Positions 38,376 through 47,007 of a stretch of 64,000 nucleotides of DNA are shown one piece after another (the stretch's first letter is position 1; every line of letters begins with the position of its first letter). The stretch is from a virus. The translations under genes were made by a program, and so were the position numbers. The notes under the pieces were generated by a model that had not been told where the DNA came from, searched no databases, and worked only from the letters and a program-made list of their open reading frames with translations. The stretch covers positions 32,001 through 96,000 of IMG/VR virus record IMGVR_UViG_3300009509_000001; one strand, given 5' to 3'.

Positions 38376-39169
38376 GAGATGTCTCCGATGGGTTCTGCAC
38401 AGAAAGGCATTATTAGTAATATATCGCCCTTGTAGGTGAAACTCAAACCGAGGTTGAGTACACTGTGCGCGTTGCCGTCGAACTCGACGGACAGCGGCAT
38501 TTCATGGCTGATCGGCGGTTCGTACATGGAATCCTGGTTCTTCGAACTCGCGAGCACGATGAACCGCTCCTGGGCAAAGGCCGATGCATACGTCGTGGTC
38601 ATACGCCCGAAGGCGCCGCTGAACGTCACGCGGACGCCGTTCTTGGTGACGGGTGCCGTCTCCGGGGCAGGCTGCACTGCCGCTGCTTGCGGCTGCGCCT
38701 GTGGCTGCGCGTTCTGCATGAACATGTTCATCATCTGCATCATCATCTGCATCGGATCGACCGATCCGGGCATCTGTTGAGCCGTCTTCGGCATCGTGCC
38801 TGGCGCCGGCGTGTTGAACATGACGTCGCCGAGGTCTTCCGGAATGCCGGAAGCGGCGGCCTCTTTCGCGTCATTCCCGAACAGGTCGGGCTTAAAGTTG
38901 TCTTCTTCGTGCATAACCATGAATGCTCCGTTTGCGTCGGCCCCTACCTGGCGGCGTTTGAACCCGTCGCCGTACCGCCTTTCCTCGGCAGTCGCCTTAC
39001 CGCTGATGCCACCATCCTTGGTGCTGCGCGGTACGATGGTGTTCTTGCCCATACTTCCATACGTGCCTTCGTCGAGGCCGTTCTCGTCATCAATGCAGAC
39101 GAGCGTCACGTTTCCTGACTTGTGGAACTTCTGAGCGTTCCTGAATACTTCAGATAATGGTTCGCCCAT
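38372..39169 (-). CDS. Hypothetical protein
   Basis: 265 aa; GGAGG SD; MQMMMQMM linker; MPKTA. Confidence 0.75.
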   Translation of the reverse strand: MGEPLSEVFRNAQKFHKSGNVTLVCIDDENGLDEGTYGSMGKNTIVPRSTKDGGISGKATAEERRYGDGFKRRQVGADANGAFMVMHEEDNFKPDLFGNDAKEAAASGIPEDLGDVMFNTPAPGTMPKTAQQMPGSVDPMQMMMQMMNMFMQNAQPQAQPQAAAVQPAPETAPVTKNGVRVTFSGAFGRMTTTYASAFAQERFIVLASSKNQDSMYEPPISHEMPLSVEFDGNAHSVLNLGLSFTYKGDILLIMPFCAEPIGDIS

Positions 39170-39216
39170 GAGGGGGTCCTCCGTGTTAATGGTAATTTCC
39201 AGGAGATCCTGGAAAT

Positions 39217-39417
39217 CTACGCGTCGGCCTGCTGCAGCTCGTCGCGGGAAACGCCCTCACGCTGACTCAGGTAACCCGACATGTATCCATCGACGCTCGG
39301 GTCGTTGTTCGGGTTGTCCCGAAGATACCCGGCCATGAAGCCGGCCTGGAATGCGTTGGTCTGTTCGACTGGAATCTGTTGTTCCTGTTCTTGTTGGATG
39401 GTTTCTTCGTCAGGCAT
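39217..39417 (-). CDS. Small hypothetical protein
   Basis: 66 aa; AAGGAGGT SD; F.AGFMAGYL...GYMSGYL repeat. Confidence 0.65.
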   Translation of the reverse strand: MPDEETIQQEQEQQIPVEQTNAFQAGFMAGYLRDNPNNDPSVDGYMSGYLSQREGVSRDELQQADA

Positions 39418-39443
39418 GGTAACCTCCTTTGGTTGTTACTCTT

Positions 39444-39471
39444 AATGTACATATTTACGCCCGTACGTCAA
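39444..39471 (-). promoter_or_regulatory. Sigma70-like promoter
   Basis: TTGACG-16 nt-TACATT on the minus strand in an intergenic gap. Confidence 0.5.
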
Positions 39472-39474
39472 GAC

Positions 39475-39505
39475 AAAACAGCCCCGGGCGTTTTTGCCAC
39501 GGGGC
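39475..39505 (-). terminator. Rho-independent terminator separating accessory and structural modules
   Basis: GCCCCG...CGGGGC stem followed by TGTTTT. Confidence 0.6.
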
Positions 39506-39552
39506 CATCGAATAAGAATGAACTATTACTCTAGCCCCGCGGCGGCTTATTG

Positions 39553-40158
39553 TCAAACTTCGTGCAGGTTGTACTCGCCGCATTTGCAGCAGCATTTGTT
39601 TCCGGGGTCCTGCCACTCGTCACACACGGCACAGGCCACGATGATCGTCATCGTATACTCGTCCTCCGGCTCCTCGCCGAGCACGTCGACGGCCGTGTTC
39701 CACAGGATCTCGGCCGTCTGCTTGAATATCCTGAAGCGCATCCGATTGTAATTGATGGACTTGAATATGTTGTGCTCTTCTGGGTCTTCGTGCCGCTGAA
39801 CGGCCGCGCTCCAGTCCACCAGCATTTCGACCATATCGACCAGGTTCATCCCGTTGATACCGTTCTCGAAATGCTCCGGATGATGGCGGTTGTTCGCGTA
39901 ATGGTGCTTGAGCGCCGGCTGGAGCGAGCCCTTGAGCAGGGCATTGTACTCCTTCGACCCGTACTTCAGTTCGCGGAGTTCGGCCGCGGCCGCGAAGTAC
40001 GGCAGTTCCTCCTTGCGGAGCTTGCTTCGGTCGTGCCGGCGCCCACGCAGGCGCATCAGGTTGCTGACGGCATCCAGCTGTCCTCGTACATTGTGCTGGT
40101 GAATGAGGATGCCGTCGCGTTCTGCCAGTAACTGGTCACGTGTTGGTTCGGGTGTCAT
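39553..40158 (-). CDS. DUF5662-like HD-type protein
   Basis: HDRSKL...ALKHHYANNRHHPEHFENGINGMNLVDMVEMLVDW; C-terminal Cys cluster. Confidence 0.7.
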   Translation of the reverse strand: MTPEPTRDQLLAERDGILIHQHNVRGQLDAVSNLMRLRGRRHDRSKLRKEELPYFAAAAELRELKYGSKEYNALLKGSLQPALKHHYANNRHHPEHFENGINGMNLVDMVEMLVDWSAAVQRHEDPEEHNIFKSINYNRMRFRIFKQTAEILWNTAVDVLGEEPEDEYTMTIIVACAVCDEWQDPGNKCCCKCGEYNLHEV

Positions 40159-40679
40159 TGGTTGCCGTCCTCCGCCATGGTCGACGGTTCGTCCGTCGAT
40201 TCGGGGAACGCGGCCTCTTCCAGGGACCTCAGTCGCTGCGCCTGCAGCATGGCCAGATCCGGCCCCATGTACTGCAGGAACGCTTCCTTATGGTGCGGAG
40301 CGGTGATCACGAACGCCTGGCCGTTGATGACCAGCGTGTGCCCTGGAAGCCACTTGAGCCTCTTGGCTCGTTTACCCATCAGGGCCACGCGAATACCGGC
40401 CTTCGACGTGCCGATCACCCGCATCTTGATGCCTTCATGTCCGTTGATGCGCTCGCCGACCGAGAAGTGCTTCGAGCAGTCGTACTCGGGCTTCTTGGGT
40501 TCCTCCTTCGGCGGATCGAGCGTCGCCATGATAGCGGCGACATCCGCCCGCTGCTCCGGCGTCCAGTCCTTCGTCGGATCTTCACCAAGCAGCACGTCGG
40601 CCGCCTCGTCAAGGCCGAGCTGTGGTTGATCTTTCGTTTCTTCTTCCGTCATACTTACCTCCTCAGAATGGTATGTCAT
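40155..40679 (-). CDS. Hypothetical protein
   Basis: 174 aa; overlaps both neighbours. Confidence 0.65.
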   Translation of the reverse strand: MTYHSEEVSMTEEETKDQPQLGLDEAADVLLGEDPTKDWTPEQRADVAAIMATLDPPKEEPKKPEYDCSKHFSVGERINGHEGIKMRVIGTSKAGIRVALMGKRAKRLKWLPGHTLVINGQAFVITAPHHKEAFLQYMGPDLAMLQAQRLRSLEEAAFPESTDEPSTMAEDGNQ

Positions 40680-41154
40680 CGATTGATTCGTCGCTTACGT
40701 CGAACGGGTCGTCGTCGCTCCCGGCGGGGAACGGCGGCGGTTTGGGCCGACTGGGCTGATACGCCGGCGGCTGATAGGCAGGGGACTGCACGGGAGCCGG
40801 GCCGTCGCCGCTGTCCGTCATTTCATTCTGCGTGATCACGGCCTCTGCAGTGATCCGCACGGCACTGCGCTTTCCACCGCCGTTGGGGTCGTCCCAGGAC
40901 TCGTAGGTCAAACGACCCTGTACGATCACGAACATGGCCGCCTTGAGTTTGTCCCGGAACTGAAGGGCCTGGTCGCCCCAGGCTTTGACTTCGAAGAAGC
41001 CGTGCTCCTGCCGGGCCTGGCCCGCCCACACGTATTCGCGGGCACACCGGATTGAGAACGTGAGCAGCGCCGTTCCGTTGTTGCCCACGTTGCGCATCTC
41101 GGGTTCGCGCGTGACGATCCCGGATATAGTGATTGAATTAAGGTCTTTCATCAT
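40663..41154 (-). CDS. ssb: Single-stranded DNA-binding protein
   Basis: LNSITISG.VTREPEMR OB-fold start, VIVQGRLTYESWDD, P/Q linker, acidic IDDIPF C-terminus. Confidence 0.93.
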   Translation of the reverse strand: MMKDLNSITISGIVTREPEMRNVGNNGTALLTFSIRCAREYVWAGQARQEHGFFEVKAWGDQALQFRDKLKAAMFVIVQGRLTYESWDDPNGGGKRSAVRITAEAVITQNEMTDSGDGPAPVQSPAYQPPAYQPSRPKPPPFPAGSDDDPFDVSDESIDDIPF

Positions 41155-41585
41155 CGATCCTTCAGCTGCATCTGTTCCGTACGCTGATCGAACTTGTCGC
41201 GCAATATACGCTGGTAGTCGTCGGTGCGCTGCTCCGGCGGGAAGAACTTATCGAAGGTCTTCTTCGGGTTCTTCTCGGGCTGCGGCTGCAGCGGCATCGG
41301 GAACTCCGGCTTGGCGGATTCCGCAGCCATGTGGGCGCAGGTGGCCTCCACGGCCTCCTTCAGCTTCTTGATCTCCTCGGCCATCATGGTGATCAGCTCC
41401 TTGTCGGCCGCGCGTGCGATGGCCAACTCGTGTTCCATGATCTCCATCCGGGCATCCTTTGTCGCAAGCTCCCGCTCATGCATCATCGTCGTGCGGAGAT
41501 TCCAGCCGACGGCCGCACCGATGGCGGCCAGGGTCATGGCTATCAGCACCTTCATAGAGTCCTCTGCTATCTTCTGCCAGTTCAT
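41151..41585 (-). CDS. Membrane-anchored coiled-coil protein
   Basis: N-terminal VLIAMTLAAIGAAVGW, then coiled coil. Confidence 0.65.
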   Translation of the reverse strand: MNWQKIAEDSMKVLIAMTLAAIGAAVGWNLRTTMMHERELATKDARMEIMEHELAIARAADKELITMMAEEIKKLKEAVEATCAHMAAESAKPEFPMPLQPQPEKNPKKTFDKFFPPEQRTDDYQRILRDKFDQRTEQMQLKDR

Positions 41586-41929
41586 TCCTCACCCTCCGGG
41601 TACTCGGCCGAGAGCATGTCCAGCGTCACGTCAGGCGGCGGCAGCAGGCCGGTGCCGCACGTGCATTCCGGGATTATGCGGTCGCATGTGCCGCACCTTC
41701 CGTTGAACGCACGGCTCAGCGTCTCTTCCGCCGTGCCGTCTTCCATATCCTCCTTATCGGGGGCTATTCCCATGATCGCGGCTGCGGCATGCAGCGCCTT
41801 CCGCCGAATGATCGGAATGGGGCCGAAGGAGTCGGCCATCGGGTCGATGCTCCGGGTGGTGCAGGCGTTGGCTATGGCGACCAGGCGGTCGACGGTTTCC
41901 AGCTCTGCAGGCGTCTTTATCTCGCTCAT
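41582..41929 (-). CDS. Hypothetical protein
   Basis: 115 aa; CGTC...C.CG; 4-nt overlaps. Confidence 0.6.
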   Translation of the reverse strand: MSEIKTPAELETVDRLVAIANACTTRSIDPMADSFGPIPIIRRKALHAAAAIMGIAPDKEDMEDGTAEETLSRAFNGRCGTCDRIIPECTCGTGLLPPPDVTLDMLSAEYPEGEE

Positions 41930-42213
41930 TGCGTGGTCTCCACTTTGTGTATGTTGTTGTCCGGATAAAACTTGTCGGCCTTCTCCGTCACGTTGTAGCT
42001 GTTGAAATGGCCGTGCATGGCCCGCTTGTTCAGGTACCCGAGCTCCACGAGCTTCTCGAGCCGCCTGTACACCCAGTTGCCCTTCACATGCATACCGTGG
42101 CGATCGGCGGCGCCGGTAACGTCCGGGACGCGGGCGCGCAGCCCGTCGCGATACCGGACGGCGTCACGAACCATGTCGATCCAGAACTTGCGCAGCTCTT
42201 TAGTTGCCAGCAT
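41926..42213 (-). CDS. Winged-helix-like DNA-binding protein
   Basis: VYRRLEKLVELGYLNKR...YNVTEKA, a wHTH recognition helix/wing pattern. Confidence 0.6.
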   Translation of the reverse strand: MLATKELRKFWIDMVRDAVRYRDGLRARVPDVTGAADRHGMHVKGNWVYRRLEKLVELGYLNKRAMHGHFNSYNVTEKADKFYPDNNIHKVETTQ

Positions 42214-42409
42214 CGGACCTCCTTCTCAACCGCCGCTTCCGCATGTTGATGGCGTTGATCTCGGCCTTGGTCTCGCGTTTGAGTTTCTCGGAGTCCTCGT
42301 CGGTCATGTGCTCGTAGCACTCGAGAAACCGGCGCCGGTCGCTTATGGCGCATTCCAGTATGAACATACTGAACTCAGTCGAGGATTCGAAATGTTTGGG
42401 CGTGCTCAC
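42200..42409 (-). CDS. Small hypothetical protein
   Basis: 3' part of track ORF 42200..42532; probable GTG start overlapping the upstream stop. Confidence 0.45.
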   Translation of the reverse strand: MSTPKHFESSTEFSMFILECAISDRRRFLECYEHMTDEDSEKLKRETKAEINAINMRKRRLRRRSDAGN

Positions 42410-42981
42410 CACTTGATCTGCACCTCCTTGGGGCTTCCGCCGATCGCGGCGTGCAGACTGTCGCTCGTGGAGTCCATGGTCTTCTCGGCCTCGTCCCGCC
42501 AATGCTCGAGGTCGGCCTGCTGCGCCCGGCAAAGCTCCTCCATCTCCTTCAGCTGTTCGTTGCGGGTCTCGATCGCCTGGTCCTGCTCCAGCCGCTTCTC
42601 CTGCAGGCGCTGAACCTCGTCCTTGGCTTTGTCCAGCTGCGCCGCGGCCTTCTTCAGATCCCTGATTTCATCAAGGTACGATTCGATGAGTTCTCTGGAA
42701 AGGGTGTTGTTGCTCATGCCGTCCTCAAAGAAGTAGACGGGATTTTCCACCCACTCGGCGTCCTTGGGCGCCTGCTTGACCACGACCTTTCCACGGTACC
42801 GTTCGGTATACTTGCTGCTGTTGCCGTCGTTCAGATCCGCTTCCATGTTCCAGTCGATGAATTCATCACCTTCAAGCCACAGGATCGGCTTGCCGAAAAG
42901 CTCGGTGGCCGTGTCGGGGATGTACGGATGTTCCCGCACGATCTGCGGCTCGTTGTCGGTGGTTTTCTTTTTAGGCGACAT
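42406..42981 (-). CDS. Coiled-coil hypothetical protein
   Basis: 191 aa; GAGGT SD; long C-terminal coiled coil. Confidence 0.7.
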   Translation of the reverse strand: MSPKKKTTDNEPQIVREHPYIPDTATELFGKPILWLEGDEFIDWNMEADLNDGNSSKYTERYRGKVVVKQAPKDAEWVENPVYFFEDGMSNNTLSRELIESYLDEIRDLKKAAAQLDKAKDEVQRLQEKRLEQDQAIETRNEQLKEMEELCRAQQADLEHWRDEAEKTMDSTSDSLHAAIGGSPKEVQIKW

Positions 42982-43441
42982 CAGGGTACCTCAATGTTGC
43001 TAATTCAGTTACATATCCCACGACGCTGTCGGGGGAACGGTCGAAGGCGGAGCATTGATGCGCATAGAATGTGGACAGTGCGCCCGATCTCGGCATGACT
43101 GGAACGGGTCCGGCCGGATCGCGGTATTCAATATCCTCCCAGCAGGCGGTGCTCCACAAGCCGTGGAAGTGCGTGCTGAGCTTAACAAAGTTCATGAAGT
43201 TGTACTCGTCGCACAGCGTACGGTAGCTACGGTTCATCTGGCAGTGGTAGTTCATGTGGCAATCGCCGCACAGCGTCACGCCGTTATCCGGGTCGAACCG
43301 GAGTTCCGGGAAGTACGTGGCGTGGTTCACGTGGTGGGCATGCCGGTTCTGCAGGCTGTTGCAAATCACGCAGCGTTTGTCGCGCATGATCACGGTTGCC
43401 CGCCAGACGCGGTACTCGTAGGTGTCTCTCCAGTCACTCAT
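42971..43441 (-). CDS. HNH endonuclease
   Basis: RDKRCVICN...HAHHV...NGVTLCGDCH. Confidence 0.85.
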   Translation of the reverse strand: MSDWRDTYEYRVWRATVIMRDKRCVICNSLQNRHAHHVNHATYFPELRFDPDNGVTLCGDCHMNYHCQMNRSYRTLCDEYNFMNFVKLSTHFHGLWSTACWEDIEYRDPAGPVPVMPRSGALSTFYAHQCSAFDRSPDSVVGYVTELATLRYPDVA

Positions 43442-43713
43442 TGTTTACCTCCTTTGAAGTCAAACTTATCACGGGTCAGCCTGTAGTGGGGCGGTAGCAT
43501 TCCATGCGCTTCCCAGTACAGTGTCTTCTCCTTCTCGTTCAGTCTCGGGCCGTTACGGTCCCGGGCGGCGAAACGCTCCAGTATCTTGACGACCCTGAAC
43601 ATCTCATCGTCCGACAGGCGTCGTATCAGCTTATCCAGGTACTCTACGTCCCGCTCGTGCTCAGTCATCGGTCGGTACCCTTCAGTGTGGGTTTGGTATA
43701 AGCGTGTAGGCAC
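43438..43713 (-). CDS. Hypothetical protein
   Basis: Coupled overlaps; the true start may be MTEHERD. Confidence 0.55.
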   Translation of the reverse strand: MPTRLYQTHTEGYRPMTEHERDVEYLDKLIRRLSDDEMFRVVKILERFAARDRNGPRLNEKEKTLYWEAHGMLPPHYRLTRDKFDFKGGKQ

Positions 43714-43883
43714 TCGAAGCTGCAGAAGTCCTTATTGGTCACGCGGCGGCAGCCCATGACCTGGAACTGTATAGCTACCCAGCCCGCGAAGGGCGACGGG
43801 CCACCGATGGACATCTCCTTGTCGGACTCTTCGATCTTCTTGCACTGATCGCAGGTCTTTCTGGTTATCTCTCGCGTGCTCAT
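43665..43883 (-). CDS. Small Zn-finger-like protein
   Basis: TCDQC...DFCSFEC. Confidence 0.6.
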   Translation of the reverse strand: MSTREITRKTCDQCKKIEESDKEMSIGGPSPFAGWVAIQFQVMGCRRVTNKDFCSFECLHAYTKPTLKGTDR

Positions 43884-44098
43884 TTCAATCTGCTCCAGCT
43901 TTTTATAAGGTTGACGATCATGAGGAAGCCCGTGGTTATCATGAGCGGCGTGAAAAGCCCGATTTCCCCTACGGCTCGGTGCAAGAAATAGGCGTAGAGC
44001 AGTCCGAGCATCAGCATGCCGACCACGTCACGGGTGATTCCTTTGATCAGCTTGTTCATCAGCCGTCCAGCTCCGTCGTCGTCGTTGCCGGCGGCCAT
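43880..44098 (-). CDS. Small two-TM membrane protein
   Basis: Two hydrophobic helices. Confidence 0.55.
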   Translation of the reverse strand: MAAGNDDDGAGRLMNKLIKGITRDVVGMLMLGLLYAYFLHRAVGEIGLFTPLMITTGFLMIVNLIKSWSRLK

Positions 44099-44658
44099 TC
44101 GCTGCAGCCTTCGGTCGGCACCCCGTTGATCAGCCGGTTGAGCTCCATGATCTGGTCGGCATTGAAATGGTGGATATAGAACTTGTCACGGCCGCGATCG
44201 AGCGACTTGTGGCTCAGATAGCCCTTGTAGTTCTTGCCGCTGGCCCGCTCGTGCACGGCGCCGTCCCTCAGCAGCTCCAACACCTTCTCGGGCTTCAGGC
44301 TGCCGCAGTACGTGCAGGTGTGATCGTTGCGCCAGTAGTCCTTACCGTCCTTCAGGAAGAACACGCCGGTTCCGGCTCCGACCTCCTGGGCGCGTCGCGG
44401 GCATACGCCGCTTTCCTGTGGCTCCCAGGTCTCGTGGTTCTGCGTGTTGCGGATATACATGGCCTGCATGGCGTATTCGTTGGCGATGGTCTGAAGGCCG
44501 TCGTTGAGCTTCTCCATCTCGGGCAGTCCGATCGTGCCCAGGCCATCCTTGCCGTAGATGAAGGTCGTCGGGTCCTTGTCGGCGTTCACGAGCACGACGA
44601 ACGCGGCCTTTACGTCAGTGTTTTCCAGCAGTTTGATGATCTGATCTTGCGTCGTCAT
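44059..44658 (-). CDS. Hypothetical protein
   Basis: 199 aa; CPRR...TCTYCGS...KFY..HF; AGGAG SD. Confidence 0.7.
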   Translation of the reverse strand: MTTQDQIIKLLENTDVKAAFVVLVNADKDPTTFIYGKDGLGTIGLPEMEKLNDGLQTIANEYAMQAMYIRNTQNHETWEPQESGVCPRRAQEVGAGTGVFFLKDGKDYWRNDHTCTYCGSLKPEKVLELLRDGAVHERASGKNYKGYLSHKSLDRGRDKFYIHHFNADQIMELNRLINGVPTEGCSEWPPATTTTELDG

Positions 44659-44851
44659 CCGATTTCTCCTTATGAATTATGCGTGGGAACGTCACTCGCG
44701 ATCCGATACGCTGTTTGCACTTCGGGCACTCATGCACGTATTTGGGCGGGTTCACCATAAGCGTCTCACCCGTAAACTTCATGATCTCGGTGCATTCGTC
44801 GCACCATAGGTCTTCACGATAGGCGGCAACCTCTGTCGTAACGATCGTCAC
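44615..44851 (-). CDS. Zn-ribbon protein
   Basis: CDEC...HECPKC...FPRI. Confidence 0.6.
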   Translation of the reverse strand: MTIVTTEVAAYREDLWCDECTEIMKFTGETLMVNPPKYVHECPKCKQRIGSRVTFPRIIHKEKSDDDARSDHQTAGKH

Positions 44852-45462
44852 TCAGGGTACTCCGGCGGTGCGGGGTACTCCGACGTGTCTTCGAGTGGGG
44901 TGGGCTCGAGTGGGGTGGGCTCGTCCGACCGGGCCTTGTCGATCGCCTCCAGCTTCCTGGCCGTTTCGTCCTGGATGGCCCGCGACTTCTCGTCGATCTC
45001 GTCAAGCGGAATCTTCGGGATGTCGTCGAGGATCTTGCGGTCCTCTTCGTTCTTGATCTCCTGGGTCATCTTGTCCATGGCCATCTGCTGCGCACGCTCT
45101 TCGCCGTCCGTCATGATCTTCTCGAGCACGTCCTGGGCCTGCGCCGACGCTTTCAGCGGATCGCGTCGTACCACGGGCTCGACGACGGTCGTGGTCGTAC
45201 GGTCCTGTTCAAGGTCGATGGCGCGGTTGAGTGCGGCCATGGCCCCCTTCAGGTCGGCGAGCTTGTCGCCCTTGCCGCGCTGGCCGGGCATGAGCAGCTT
45301 CTTGATGCAGTGCGCGATGGCCGGGCACGTGACGCCGAACGCTTCGAGAACCGCGTATACGTCGACCTGGATGGCCGCGCGCTTTCCGGGCTCGAGGGCC
45401 ACCGGGCTGATGATGCGTTTGAGGTACTTGGACCCTTCGTGTTTGGTGATGTCTTCCGGCAT
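44848..45462 (-). CDS. DUF3310/SaV-like protein with C-terminal extension
   Basis: VDVYAVLEAFGVTCPAIAHCIKKLL.PGQRGKGD...DL..A...L.RAI. Confidence 0.65.
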   Translation of the reverse strand: MPEDITKHEGSKYLKRIISPVALEPGKRAAIQVDVYAVLEAFGVTCPAIAHCIKKLLMPGQRGKGDKLADLKGAMAALNRAIDLEQDRTTTTVVEPVVRRDPLKASAQAQDVLEKIMTDGEERAQQMAMDKMTQEIKNEEDRKILDDIPKIPLDEIDEKSRAIQDETARKLEAIDKARSDEPTPLEPTPLEDTSEYPAPPEYPE

Positions 45463-45464
45463 TC

Positions 45465-45833
45465 TTATTCCTCCGATGTTTCGAGCAGGCTCTGCCCGTG
45501 TGTGTTAAGTTCGAGTTCCCCCTGGCTGATGCGACGGAGCACGCGTTTGTACGCGCGGTCCAGCACGCCGGTGGTTATGTAGGTGTCGAGCTGCACGTTG
45601 AAGGCGAACCGCTGAAGCAGATCGCCGCGCCTGGCCCTGTCCACGAGCTCGCGCATGGGCAGGCAGGTATCTTCCATGTAAGTGTCGTATGCACGGCGCA
45701 ACACGTAGGCGGCGGTATTTCCGCTCGGGTCGTCAACGAGCTGCAGCAGCACGGCGTCGCACATGTCGTCCCGTTCGCACACGCGGCGAAACAGCGCGAC
45801 GGCCTTGTCCAGTTGCAGCTTCAGTTGAGTCAT
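45465..45833 (-). CDS. Hypothetical protein
   Basis: Start at MTQLKL, overlapping the upstream stop. Confidence 0.55.
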   Translation of the reverse strand: MTQLKLQLDKAVALFRRVCERDDMCDAVLLQLVDDPSGNTAAYVLRRAYDTYMEDTCLPMRELVDRARRGDLLQRFAFNVQLDTYITTGVLDRAYKRVLRRISQGELELNTHGQSLLETSEE

Positions 45834-46456
45834 AGCAGCGGCCTTATGGAGTTTCGTCCCGTGCGCCGATGCCGGAACTGGATTTCGCCGTTGCAGCCGC
45901 GGACCACCGGGTATCCCATGAACTCGAAGTTGTCGAAGAGCTTCATGTCTTCGTACGGCACGCGGAATTCGTAGCATCGTTTGTCGCCCTCGCTGTTGAC
46001 GGCCTTCATGACCGCGGCCATCATCTCCCTGATGACCGACATGGGAAGGCCGAGCACCGACTCCTCCCCGTCCGGGATCGGCTCCGGCTTGAGCACGACG
46101 TCCTTGAACTCGTCGCCGGGCATGAACCCGTTCACTTCGTCGAGGACCTGGCTGACGAACATGGAACGGCGGCGGAATCCGCCCTTGCCGTACTTGGCCT
46201 CCAGGCCCTCGAGTCCCGGTATGCTCCCGCTCATGTCCGGCCGGGCCTTCTGTACCTTGATCTTGCGGCCGCCCTTGACCTCTTCGACCTCGATGACCGC
46301 CAGTACGCTGGGAACGGTCGTGGTGAAATCGTCATGCAGATAATGTTCGGTCGGTTCGCACTCGGTGGTGACGTCGAGTATCGTGATCCCCTGGGCTGCC
46401 GGGAGCGTACGCACGGGGTCTTTGACGCGCTCCTGTAGGCGGGTCTTTTTCGCCAT
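45830..46456 (-). CDS. Hypothetical protein
   Basis: Start at MAKKTR with AAGGAG SD, just downstream of a promoter. Confidence 0.7.
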   Translation of the reverse strand: MAKKTRLQERVKDPVRTLPAAQGITILDVTTECEPTEHYLHDDFTTTVPSVLAVIEVEEVKGGRKIKVQKARPDMSGSIPGLEGLEAKYGKGGFRRRSMFVSQVLDEVNGFMPGDEFKDVVLKPEPIPDGEESVLGLPMSVIREMMAAVMKAVNSEGDKRCYEFRVPYEDMKLFDNFEFMGYPVVRGCNGEIQFRHRRTGRNSIRPLL

Positions 46457-46482
46457 TCTTATTCTCTCCTTTACGTGTCGAC

Positions 46483-46523
46483 ACGATAGCGCGGAATCAC
46501 CGAAGTTGCAAGCGATTCCGCGC
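46483..46523 (-). promoter_or_regulatory. Sigma70-like promoter overlapped by a 10-bp inverted repeat
   Basis: TTGCAA (46506-11), 17 nt, TATCGT (46483-88); GCGCGGAATC/GATTCCGCGC arms at 46489-98 and 46514-23. Confidence 0.6.
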
Positions 46524-46536
46524 AATATGCCGCACT

Positions 46537-47007
46537 TTACCCTGAACTTTCAGGAGTTCCTGACTTTTCATCCAGCCTTGCTGTCATGAACATGCTCACC
46601 GGTTTGAAGCCGCAGGACTCGTAGCACCTGATGGCGCCGACGTTGTCCGCATGAACATTGAGGTTGACGTGCTTCAGGCCGGCGGCCTTCATCGAACTCA
46701 TGACCAGCTTTATGGCCAGTTTGCCATAGCCGTGTCCCCAGTACTTCTCGTAAAGCACGATGTCGCCGATGGCGCCCGCTTCGTCGAAGTTGTGGGACTC
46801 CTGGCTGAGGATGACGCCGGCGACCTCATCGTCGACCATGATCATGTCGACCTTGTAGTCGTCGAGATCGAAGTGCGGGTTGCGCAGCTTCATGTCGCGG
46901 GCGTCGAACAGCTTCAGCTGAACCATATGAAGCCGCCCGAGCAGATCGAACACGTGGCTCGTGTGCTCGAGCGGATCATAATCAAGCAATGACACCGTCA
47001 CGCTCAT
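46537..47007 (-). CDS. GNAT-family N-acetyltransferase
   Basis: YWGHGYG (motif A), NLNVHADNVGAIRCYESCGF. Confidence 0.88.
   Translation of the reverse strand: MSVTVSLLDYDPLEHTSHVFDLLGRLHMVQLKLFDARDMKLRNPHFDLDDYKVDMIMVDDEVAGVILSQESHNFDEAGAIGDIVLYEKYWGHGYGKLAIKLVMSSMKAAGLKHVNLNVHADNVGAIRCYESCGFKPVSMFMTARLDEKSGTPESSG

Noticed and set aside
42971-43441. Intron-encoded homing endonuclease
   Set aside because: It is translationally coupled to intact neighbours, with no split host gene or intron-sized non-coding flanks.
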